Part shown: positions 30,206-38,412 of the stretch, piece after piece | How the letters are laid out: every line of letters starts with the position of its first letter | Position numbering within the stretch: the stretch's first letter is position 1 | Assembly: GCA_963812015.1 (NCBI GenBank) | Contig: CAWETI010000002.1 | Location: 928,001 to 992,000, forward strand | Length of the DNA: 64,000 nucleotides | Reading direction: 5' to 3' | DNA from: an uncultured delta proteobacterium | GTDB lineage: Bacteria > Desulfobacterota > Desulfobaccia > Desulfobaccales > 0-14-0-80-60-11 | The notes under the pieces: model-generated | Told to the model about the DNA's origin: nothing | The model's input: the letters and a program-made list of their open reading frames with translations, nothing else | Database searches by the model: none | Translations under genes and position numbers: made by a program

Positions 30206-30266
30206 GTAGGGGCGGACCCATGTATCCGCCCTGTTCGGGTGGCGCACACGTAAGGGGCGCCCCGAC
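30206..30266. repeat. GTAG-family REP doublet
   Basis: GTAGGGGCGGACCCATGTATCCGCCC ... GGCGCACACGTAAGGGGCGCCCCGAC. Confidence 0.65.
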
Positions 30267-30308
30267 CAAGCTAGGTCCAGAGATATCCGGTAACCAGGGA
30301 GACGCCTC

Positions 30309-30602
30309 ATGCCTGTCTATCTCATCATCGATATCAACATTATCGACCAGGAAGTGTATGCCGAATACGTGGAGCAAGTGCCGGCGGTGGTGGAGAAATA
30401 CGGCGGGACCTATCTGGTGCGGGGCGGCGAGGTGTTCACCCTGGCAGGCGGCTGGAAGCCCGAACGGATCGTCCTAGTGGAATTCGATGCCATCGACCAG
30501 GTCCAGGAATTTTTTACCTCGTCGGAGTACCTGGCCCTGGCCCCTCTCCGGGAGCAGTCCTCTACTTCCCGGGCCATCGTCGTCGAAAGTTATGAGGCGT
30601 GA
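30309..30602 (+). CDS. DUF1330 family protein
   Basis: KYGGTYLVRGG, RIVLVEF and SSEY pattern; SD GGAG. Confidence 0.85.
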   Translation: MPVYLIIDINIIDQEVYAEYVEQVPAVVEKYGGTYLVRGGEVFTLAGGWKPERIVLVEFDAIDQVQEFFTSSEYLALAPLREQSSTSRAIVVESYEA

Positions 30603-30676
30603 ACCACCTCTGGCCGCTCATTGAGGAACCTCAGCTTTCCTTTGACCTTTTCCCGTGCCCCCGGAGCGTTTTTTAG

Positions 30677-30682
30677 TATAAT
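30677..30682 (+). promoter_or_regulatory. TATAAT -10 box 6 nt upstream of the livH GTG; probable leaderless transcript
   Basis: tagTATAATacccccGTG, with no SD. Confidence 0.55.
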
Positions 30683-30688
30683 ACCCCC

Positions 30689-31585
30689 GTGGATTTACTC
30701 ACCTTCGTCCAACAGCTCATCAACGGCCTCTCCCTGGGCAGTCTCTATGCCCTCATCGCCATCGGCTACACCATGGTGTACGGCATCCTCCGGCTCATCA
30801 ACTTTGCCCACGGGGACCTGCTGATGGTGGCGGCTTACGTCGCGGTCATGGGGGTGGGGCTGTTTGCCTGGCCCTGGCCCCTGGCCTTCGGCCTGGCCAT
30901 CGGGCTCACCGGCCTCATGGGGGTGCTGCTGGAGCGGGGCGCTTACCGGCCCCTGCGCCGGGCCCCCCGGATTTCCCTGTTGATTTCGGCCATTGCCGCC
31001 TCCTTTCTGCTGGAAAACCTGGCCCTGGTGATCGCCGGGGGCCGGGCCCAGCCCTTCCCCGTGCCCCGGATGTTCGCCGGGGCTTTTGCCTGGGGCGGGC
31101 TCTTCGTACCTCGCCTCAGCCTCCTCATCCCCTTGATCACGGCAGGGCTCCTGGTGGGGCTCTTCATCATCATCTACCGCACTGCCGCCGGCCGAGCCAT
31201 GCGGGCCATCGCCCGGGACCTGGAAACCGTCAGCCTCATGGGCATCGACGTCAACCGGATCATCGCCTTCACCTTTCTCATCGGCTCGCTCCTGGCCGGG
31301 GCCGGGGGGCTCCTGTGGGCCATGAAGTATCCCCAGGTGAACCCGTTTATGGGGATTTTGCCGGGGCTCAAGGCCTTTATCGCCGCGGTCCTGGGAGGGA
31401 TCGGCAACGTCGCCGGCGCGGTCCTGGGGGGGCTGCTCCTGGGCCTCCTGGAAGTCATGATAGTGGCCTTCTTCCCGGCCTGGGCCGGCTACCGGGACGC
31501 GGTGGCCTTCACCCTGCTCATCGTGCTGCTCCTGGTGCGGCCCACGGGCCTGCTGGGAGAGGCGCTGGGCGAGGAAAAGTTATAG
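30689..31585 (+). CDS. livH: Branched-chain amino acid ABC permease
   Basis: NGLSLGSLYALIAIGYTMVYG..LINFAHG and KAFIAAVLGGIG motifs. Confidence 0.92.
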   Translation: MDLLTFVQQLINGLSLGSLYALIAIGYTMVYGILRLINFAHGDLLMVAAYVAVMGVGLFAWPWPLAFGLAIGLTGLMGVLLERGAYRPLRRAPRISLLISAIAASFLLENLALVIAGGRAQPFPVPRMFAGAFAWGGLFVPRLSLLIPLITAGLLVGLFIIIYRTAAGRAMRAIARDLETVSLMGIDVNRIIAFTFLIGSLLAGAGGLLWAMKYPQVNPFMGILPGLKAFIAAVLGGIGNVAGAVLGGLLLGLLEVMIVAFFPAWAGYRDAVAFTLLIVLLLVRPTGLLGEALGEEKL

Positions 31586-31588
31586 AAC

Positions 31589-31786
31589 TTTGAGGGGAGG
31601 GCCGGGGGAAGTAAATTCCCCCGCCCTCCCCTCAAACTCCCCTCCCAACCCCCTATAAGGGGACCGGGAGAAGTCGAGGCCAGCCTCGACTTCTCCCGGC
31701 TATGCCACCCCTTAGGGGATTGGGGGTAGGGGTGTGGGGGAGGGGGTAAGGGCACTTACGAAAAAGCCCTTAGCCCCCTTCCCCAC
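31589..31786. repeat. Family B composite repeat with a nested perfect 17-bp hairpin (31664-31699)
   Basis: Same hairpins as 27884-28018, plus CCGGGAGAAGTCGAGGC-CA-GCCTCGACTTCTCCCGG and a CTTACGAAAAA loop. Confidence 0.75.
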
Positions 31787-31812
31787 CACCATCGCTCCGA
31801 AGGAGTAAACCC

Positions 31813-32868
31813 ATTCGCACGCGCTACCTAACCCTGGCCTTCCTGGTCCTGCTGTTTCTGCTCCTGTGGGGGGCAAGCCTTTGGGCCAACGAGTATCAGG
31901 TGCGGCTCCTGAACAACGTTGCCATTTTCATCACCTTGGCGGTGGCCTATAACCTGGTCAACGGGGTCTGCGGCCAGCTCCACCTGGGACCCAACGCCTT
32001 CATCACCCTGGGGGCCTACACCGCGGCGCTCCTGACCATGGCCCCGTCGGAAAAGGCCCTGAATTTCCTGATCACCCCCCTGTACTGGCCCCTGAGCCAA
32101 ATATCCCTGCCGTTTCCCCTGGCCCTGCTGGCGGGTGGCTTGGTGGCGGCGGCTTTCGGTCTGGCCACCGGCTTTCCGGTCTTCCGGGTCCGGGGGGATT
32201 ACCTGGCCATCGTCACCCTGGGCTTCGGCGAGGTGGTGCGGGTCCTGGCCAACAACTTCCAGGGGCTGACCAACGGTCCCCTGGGCCTCAAGGGGCTTTA
32301 CCCCTACACCAACCTCTGGTGGTCCTGGGGGGTGGCCGTGGTGGCGGTGGCGTTGGTCGTCTCCCTGGTCAACTCCAGCTACGGCCGGGCCATGCAGGCC
32401 ATCCGGGAGGACGAGACTGCGGCGAGGGCCTCAGGGGTCAACACCTTTCGCCACCTGCTGGGCGCCTATATCCTCAGCGCCTTTTTCTTCGGGGTGGGTG
32501 GGGGTCTCCTGGCCCACCTCATCACCACGATTTCCCCGTCCCTCTTTACCTTTTTCCTCACCTTCAACCTGCTGATCATCATCGTGGTGGGAGGGCTGGG
32601 CTCCACCACCGGCGCGGTGGCGGCCGCGGCCTTCTTCACCCTGGCGGGGGAGTGGCTCCGGGTGGTGGAGGAGCCGGCCACCATCTGGGGGCGGACCATC
32701 CCCGGCATCCCGGGCATGCGCATGGTGATCCTGTCCCTGGCGCTGCTCCTGGTGATTATCTATTTCCGCCGGGGTCTTATGGGCCGCCGGGAATTTTCCT
32801 GGGCCGGGCTGGGGCGCCTGATACGGCGCGGGTTGGCCGCCCCGGCGGCTGGCTCCGAGGCCAAATAA
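31813..32868 (+). CDS. livM: Branched-chain amino acid ABC permease (probable ATT start)
   Basis: RVRGDYLAIVTLGFGE, AIREDE and VVGGLG motifs. Frame is open upstream of GTG 31900 through a TM helix to ATT 31813, 7 nt after AAGGAG. Confidence 0.88.
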   Translation: MRTRYLTLAFLVLLFLLLWGASLWANEYQVRLLNNVAIFITLAVAYNLVNGVCGQLHLGPNAFITLGAYTAALLTMAPSEKALNFLITPLYWPLSQISLPFPLALLAGGLVAAAFGLATGFPVFRVRGDYLAIVTLGFGEVVRVLANNFQGLTNGPLGLKGLYPYTNLWWSWGVAVVAVALVVSLVNSSYGRAMQAIREDETAARASGVNTFRHLLGAYILSAFFFGVGGGLLAHLITTISPSLFTFFLTFNLLIIIVVGGLGSTTGAVAAAAFFTLAGEWLRVVEEPATIWGRTIPGIPGMRMVILSLALLLVIIYFRRGLMGRREFSWAGLGRLIRRGLAAPAAGSEAK

Positions 32869-32875
32869 GCTCGCT

Positions 32876-33634
32876 ATGGCCTTTTTCCGGACAGAACACC
32901 TGGACATGCGCTTCGGGGGGCTCTCGGCCCTGGAGGACCTGAACCTGACGGTGCCGGCCGGGGGCCTCTACGGCCTCATCGGGCCCAACGGGGCGGGCAA
33001 GACCACGGCCTTCAACCTCATCAGCGGTTTTCTTAAGCCCACCGGCGGCCGGGTTATCTGGGACGGCCGGGACGTCACCGGGGAGCCCCCGCACCGCATC
33101 ACCTATGGGGGGATTGCCCGGACCTTTCAGAACATCCGCCTGTTCGGCGAACTCAGCGTCCTGGACAACGTCCTGGTGGGGTTTCACTGCCGGGGCCGGG
33201 CCACCTGGGGCGAGGCCGTCCTGAGGCTGCCCCGGTACCGCCGGGAAGAACAGCGCCGCCGGTCCCGGGGGCTGGAGCTGCTTGACGAAGTGGGGCTGGC
33301 GGCGGCGGCGGACCAGCCCGCCGGCAAGCTGCCCTACGGCCACCAGCGCCGCCTGGAGATCGCCCGGGCCCTGGCCACGGGGCCCCGCTTCCTCCTCCTG
33401 GATGAGCCCGCCGCCGGCCTCAACCCCCAGGAGACCCTGGACCTGATTGCTTTTATAAGAGGCATTAAGGAACGTTATCATTTGACCATTCTCATCATCG
33501 AGCACAACCTGCGCCTGGTCATGGGCCTGTGCCGGCACCTCACCGTGCTGGACCACGGCCTCACCATCGCCGCCGGCCCCCCGGCGGACATCCGGAAGAA
33601 CCCGGAGGTCATCCGGGCCTATTTGGGAAAATAG
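32876..33634 (+). CDS. livG: Branched-chain amino acid ABC ATP-binding protein
   Basis: GPNGAGKTT, ARTFQNIRLF, LPYGHQR and LDEPAAG motifs. Confidence 0.92.
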   Translation: MAFFRTEHLDMRFGGLSALEDLNLTVPAGGLYGLIGPNGAGKTTAFNLISGFLKPTGGRVIWDGRDVTGEPPHRITYGGIARTFQNIRLFGELSVLDNVLVGFHCRGRATWGEAVLRLPRYRREEQRRRSRGLELLDEVGLAAAADQPAGKLPYGHQRRLEIARALATGPRFLLLDEPAAGLNPQETLDLIAFIRGIKERYHLTILIIEHNLRLVMGLCRHLTVLDHGLTIAAGPPADIRKNPEVIRAYLGK

Positions 33635-33849
33635 CTATCAGTTATCAGATGTCCGCTGTCAGCCAAAGCCAAAGCCAAAGAAAATGGGGCGTTTTCGGCT
33701 GGCGCCAAAGGTATCGGGGGAAAATTTTGATGATGTCCCAACTAACTTAAAAAACAAGGCAGTCTCGCACTTTCTTGATAGCTTTTAAACAATTGTAAAT
33801 CTAACAAAATGGTTTGTGATACTATTTTTATTAAAAGGAGATAATTATT

Positions 33850-34152
33850 ATGGCTGAAAACATTGTAACAATACAATTGAGGGATTATCCAAGGCAACCT
33901 GATGAAACTCTTTATGAAATCATGGCGTATTTTGGTCAAACTTACGACAATTCTGCACATGGATTCGTAGATGTACGGTATAAATATGCTTATGAAATTA
34001 TGCAATTAAGACAGAATAAATACCTTGTTGAACAAACAGCAAGGCTCGTAAATAAGACGATAAAAATTGCAAAATGGACAATGATTGTAGCAATTGGTAC
34101 AGCCGTTTTAGCAGTTGCTGCATTAATAACATTATATTCTTTACCAAAATAA
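33850..34152 (+). CDS. Hypothetical AT-rich protein with a C-terminal TM helix
   Basis: Strong SD AAAGGAG, 100-aa ORF; base composition far more AT-rich than the flanking liv genes. Confidence 0.65.
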   Translation: MAENIVTIQLRDYPRQPDETLYEIMAYFGQTYDNSAHGFVDVRYKYAYEIMQLRQNKYLVEQTARLVNKTIKIAKWTMIVAIGTAVLAVAALITLYSLPK

Positions 34153-34315
34153 TAATATTAGGACATTCTTGAAATAATGAAATTCTCTAAGATATCTAAT
34201 CCTAAGAAGCCCCTGGGGGCATGGTGGCCCCTTGCCAATTGTTGAGCTACCAATTTTGATTTTTGTCTTTTTCACTGACCACTGACCACTGAAAGCTATT
34301 CAAGGAAGCTCCAAA

Positions 34316-35059
34316 GTGCTGGAAGTACTAAATCTCCGGGTCGCCTACGGGGCCATCCAGGCCCTGGACGGGATCAGCTTTGGGGTCCCCCGGGGACGCA
34401 TCGTCACGTTGCTGGGAGCCAACGGCTCGGGCAAGACCACCACGCTCCGGGCCATCACCGGGCTTTCCCCCCCCCGGGGGGGCCGCATCCTCTTTGAGGG
34501 GCGGGAGCTCCAGGGTCTCCCCACCCACGAGATCATCCGGGCCGGGATCGCCCTGGCGCCGGAGGGACGCCGCATCTTCGCCAACCTCACGGTTTACGAG
34601 AACCTGCTCTTGGGGGCCTATTTCAGGCGGGACCAGCCGGCCCTGGAGCGGGACCTGGACCTCCTCTACGACACCTTTCCCCGCCTGGCGGAACGGCGCA
34701 GCCAGGCCGCCGGCACCCTCTCCGGCGGCGAGCAGCAGATGCTGGCCCTGGGGCGAGCCCTGATGTCCCGGCCCCGGCTCTTGCTCCTGGATGAACCCTC
34801 CCTGGGCCTGGCCCCCTTGCTGGTCCAGGAGGTGTTTCACATCATCACCCGCCTCAACCAGCAGGGCGTCACCATCCTGCTGGTGGAGCAAAACGCCGCC
34901 GCGGCTTTAAAAATCTCCCACCACGGCTACGTCCTGGAAACCGGTCGGGTGGTGCTGGAAGGCTCCGGGGCCGAGCTTCTGGCCCATCCCCAACTGCAGC
35001 AGGCCTACCTGGGGGATGGCTCCGAGACGGAGGACGCACCTGGGCTTACCCCCCGGTGA
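34316..35059 (+). CDS. livF: Branched-chain amino acid ABC ATP-binding protein
   Basis: GANGSGKTT, PEGRRIF, LSGGEQQM and LDEPSLGLAP motifs. Confidence 0.92.
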   Translation: MLEVLNLRVAYGAIQALDGISFGVPRGRIVTLLGANGSGKTTTLRAITGLSPPRGGRILFEGRELQGLPTHEIIRAGIALAPEGRRIFANLTVYENLLLGAYFRRDQPALERDLDLLYDTFPRLAERRSQAAGTLSGGEQQMLALGRALMSRPRLLLLDEPSLGLAPLLVQEVFHIITRLNQQGVTILLVEQNAAAALKISHHGYVLETGRVVLEGSGAELLAHPQLQQAYLGDGSETEDAPGLTPR

Positions 35060-35266
35060 GGGGCCCCCTTCGGTGCGGCCATGCCTCAGCGTGGGGCCGG
35101 GGAATTGCGCTGACTCCTGAAAAGCCTCCCGGCACCGGCCGGAGACCGCCCCAGGGGTGACTGTTTTCAAAGCCCAATTTTTCTGATAAAATATTACAGT
35201 TACAAATAAAGACAGAGGCTCCTTTTCCCAGGACACTTATATCGAGGCTAAGCCCAGGAGGTTGCA

Positions 35267-36377
35267 ATGTTACCGGACAGCATGGAAATCAAAACGAAAA
35301 TAAAAGGCTTACAGGACCGGTTAGAAACCCTCCGAGGTCATCTTTGATCTGGTGGGCAAACAGGTCAGGTTGCGTCATTTAGAAGAACTGATGGCCGCCA
35401 CGGAGTTGTGGGACGACCAGGCCCGGGCCGCGGACATCCTCAGAGAACGGGCCTCCCTCATCCAGGCGACGGAAAAATATGACGGCCGGCGCCAACAGCT
35501 GGAAGACCTGGAAGTCCTGCTGGATATGGCCCTGGAGGAAAAGGACCACCAGACCCTGAAAGAAGTGGTCAGGGACCTGACGGCCATGGAGCGCGACTTC
35601 TCCGACTGGGAGCTCAAACTGCTCCTGGGCGGCGAGGACGACGAGAAGAACGCCATCATCACCATCCACGCCGGGGCCGGCGGCACCGAGGCCCAGGACT
35701 GGGCCGAGATCCTGCTGCGCATGTACCTGCGCTTCGCCGAACGCAAGGGTTTCAAGGCCGAGACCATCGACCTGCTCCCCGGGGACGAGGCCGGCGTCAA
35801 GAGCGTCACCTTCACCGCCAGCGGCCCCTATGCCTTCGGTTTCTTGAAGAGCGAAAACGGCATCCATCGGCTGGTGCGCATCTCTCCCTTTGACGCCAGC
35901 GGCCGCCGCCACACCTCCTTCGCCGCGGTGCAGGTGCTGCCGGAGGTGGACGACCGCATCGACATCGATATCCAGGAGAAAGACCTGCGCATCGACACCT
36001 TCCGGGCCAGCGGCCCCGGGGGCCAGCACGTCAACAAGACCTCCTCGGCGGTGCGCCTCACCCACATGCCTTCGGGCATCGTGGTTTCCTCCCAGTCCGA
36101 GCGGAGCCAGCACCGCAACCGGGAATTGGCCATGAAGGTGCTCAGGGCCCGCCTCTATAACCTGGAGAAGCGCAAACGGGCCGCAAAGAAGCACGAGTTG
36201 CAGGATACCCAGAAGGATATCGCCTGGGGCAGCCAGATTCGCTCCTACACGCTCCAGCCCTACCGCATGATCAAAGATCACCGCACCAAGCACGAGGAGG
36301 GCAACGTCGACGCGGTCTTAGACGGCGACCTGGACCGCTTTGTGGAGGCCTATTTGCTCAATCCGGGGGAGGAATAA
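35267..36377 (+). CDS. prfB: Peptide chain release factor 2 (programmed +1 frameshift)
   Basis: ORF0 MLPDSMEIKTKIKGLQDRLETLRGHL ends at CTT TGA (35342-35347), preceded by internal SD GAGGT. The +1 frame contains the SPF and GGQ motifs. Confidence 0.96.
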
Positions 36378-36414
36378 GAACCTTTCTTAAGCGGCGGGTC
36401 GCAACAGAGCATGT

Positions 36415-36515
36415 GTAGGGTGGGCATCGCCCACCAAAAACAATGGCGGGCAGTGCCCGCCCTACATTATTATTGCTTTCAAGGATCGTAGGGGCGGTTC
36501 GTGAACCGCCCCTAC
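36415..36515. repeat. GTAG-family REP cluster (inverted doublet plus single palindrome)
   Basis: GTAGGGTGGGCATCGCCCACC...GGCGGGCAGTGCCCGCCCTAC (36415-36465) and GTAGGGGCGGTTCGTGAACCGCCCCTAC (36488-36515). Confidence 0.8.
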
Positions 36516-36570
36516 GGTTTCCGGCCCAGGCAAAACGCTTGTGGCGCCAATTTCCCTTACAGGGGGTTAA

Positions 36571-36628
36571 GAGGGGAGGGCGGGGGGCCCTTACGAACCC
36601 TTACGAAAAATCCCCAGGCCCTCCCCTC
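36571..36628. repeat. Family B hairpin repeat with duplicated CCCTTACGAA
   Basis: GAGGGGAGGGCGGGGGGCCCTTACGAACCCTTACGAAAAATCCCCAGGCCCTCCCCTC. Confidence 0.7.
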
Positions 36629-36678
36629 ATCTTACTTTTCAGCTTTGCCCCCCGGCCCCGGGCGGGTTATTTTGTCTT

Positions 36679-37521
36679 TCAGGTGCCGCCGGGTTCGCAG
36701 GCCGCCTCTTGCAGGGGTTCCCCTATCTGGTCAGCCTGGGAGGTGATGGTTTCCCGGGCCTGGCCGTCCACTAATTTTTCCCCATAAAATAAGGCCCCTT
36801 CCGTGTAAGGGGAACTCTTGAAGCCGGTGTAGGCCTTTAAAGCCGCCCGGTGGAAGCCGACTTTGAGCATCAGGGCCAGGAAATCCATTCCCGGGATGGC
36901 CCCGCCGATTCACTGGAACCAGTTTTCCACCTTGCCGCCCAAATCCTGGGGCAGCGCCGCCACCAACACCATGTCCGCGACCATAAAGCGGCCGCCGGGT
37001 TTGAGGACCCGGTGCACTTCGCTCAGGGCCCGGGCTTTATCCAGGGCCAGGTTGAAGACGCCGTTACTGATCACTGCGTCAAAGTCGTTATCCGGGAAGG
37101 GCAGGGCCTCGGCGTCCCCCACCTGAAAGGTAACCTGACCCAAACCCAGCCGGGCCTGATGGGCCCGGGCGCGCTCGATCATGGCTAGGGTGACGTCAAG
37201 GCCCACCACCCGGCCGCCTGCCCCCACCAACCGCCCCGCCACCAGGGAGTCCACCCCGACGCCGCAGCCGATATCCAGGACGGCGTCCCCGGGGTTAAGG
37301 GGGCCCAGGCTGAAGGGATTGCCCACGCCGCAGAAAGCGGCCAGGACCTTCGGGGGGAAATCCTCAAGAATCTCATCTGGATAGCCTTGTTGCGCCATGC
37401 CGTCTTTGCCGGTGGGGTACCGGAAGCAGGGCCCGGCGCCGGCCGCGGCCACCCGGTCGTATTTTTCCTTGATGCCTTGCCGCACCTTTAGGATTTCCGG
37501 TTCGGTCATCTCTGGGCTCAT
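36679..37521 (-). CDS. ArsM-like SAM-dependent methyltransferase, selenoprotein (Sec at TGA 36910-36912)
   Basis: VLDIGCGVG SAM motif and FCGVGNP. Track ORFs 36910..37521 and 36679..36888 are in one frame; readthrough gives ENWFQ-U-IGGAIPG, matching the ArsM W..C(I/V/L)(A/G)GA motif. Confidence 0.85.
36871..36903 (-). promoter_or_regulatory. Putative bacterial SECIS hairpin
   Basis: Immediately 3' of the UGA: stem CCGGGAA/UUCCUGG with loop UGGAU; the flanks GGGGCC/GGCCCU can extend it or compete with it. Confidence 0.55.
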
Positions 37522-37573
37522 GGCATTATCCTTATGCAGCTACGGTGGCCCAGGCTTTCCCGCCTGGGTGGCG

Positions 37574-37621
37574 GTAGGGTGCGTTTCACGCGCCATGTAG
37601 GGTGCGTCCAACGCACCCTAC
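37574..37621. repeat. GTAG-family REP pair
   Basis: GTAGGGTGCGTTTCACGCGCC followed by GTAGGGTGCGTCCAACGCACCCTAC. Confidence 0.75.
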
Positions 37622-37646
37622 CTGTCTTATCCGGCTAACCACCCAG

Positions 37647-38216
37647 CTAGCCGATGTCCCGGCCGATGGCGAAGGCCTGGCCCAGAAATTTCCCGATGCC
37701 GTGATAGGTGCGGATTTCGGGGCCGAAGATAATGGGCCGGACTTTCTCGATATCCGGGAAGCCTTTCTCCCCCAGGACGCTGGGATCTGCCTTGACGTCC
37801 AGGATCTCCCCGATAAACAGGGTGTGGAGGCCGATTTCCAGGGTATGGATGACTTTGCACTCCAGGACCAGGGGGAACTCCTCGACGTAGGGGGCGTCCA
37901 CCAGGGTGCTGGCCACCGGGGTGAGGCGGGCGGCGGCGAACTTGTTCACGTCTTTGCCCGTGGCCATCCCCAGGTAGTCGGCCTCCCGGACGTGGGCCTC
38001 GGAAGGCACGCTGATGGTGAAGGCCTGGCGCTGGACGATGTTGCCGTAAGAATACGTGGCCTTGCGCAACGACACGCCGATGGCCGGGGGCTTGGAGCAG
38101 CAGATGGAGGCCCAGGCCGCGGTCATGGCGTTGGGTTTATCGTTGGCGTCATAGGTCCCCACCACCCACACCGGGGTGGGGAAGGCCATGGTCCTGGGGC
38201 CGATGGATTTTCGCAT
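37647..38216 (-). CDS. Flavin reductase / flavoredoxin family protein
   Basis: PTPVWVVGTY, NAMTAAW, APYVEEFP..LECK and HTLFIGEI motifs. Confidence 0.88.
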   Translation of the reverse strand: MRKSIGPRTMAFPTPVWVVGTYDANDKPNAMTAAWASICCSKPPAIGVSLRKATYSYGNIVQRQAFTISVPSEAHVREADYLGMATGKDVNKFAAARLTPVASTLVDAPYVEEFPLVLECKVIHTLEIGLHTLFIGEILDVKADPSVLGEKGFPDIEKVRPIIFGPEIRTYHGIGKFLGQAFAIGRDIG

Positions 38217-38328
38217 AAATATTCCTCCTCACTTTGGAATTTAAATCGCCAGGGCGAAATTGCAATGACAGGCCGGCATTTAAACCCCGAAATACCCTGC
38301 TGAGGAACGAATCTTCCCCCGGGCCGGC

Positions 38329-38369
38329 AAAAAAGACGGGTCCGGTGAACCTCAAGTTCACCGGACCCG
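38329..38369 (-). terminator. Rho-independent terminator
   Basis: Stem CGGGTCCGGTGAAC/GTTCACCGGACCCG followed by a T-run on the minus strand. Confidence 0.8.
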
Positions 38370-38412
38370 CAAAACGGCTAGACAGATTCTGCCCTTAAAT
38401 CAGGCCAGGACT

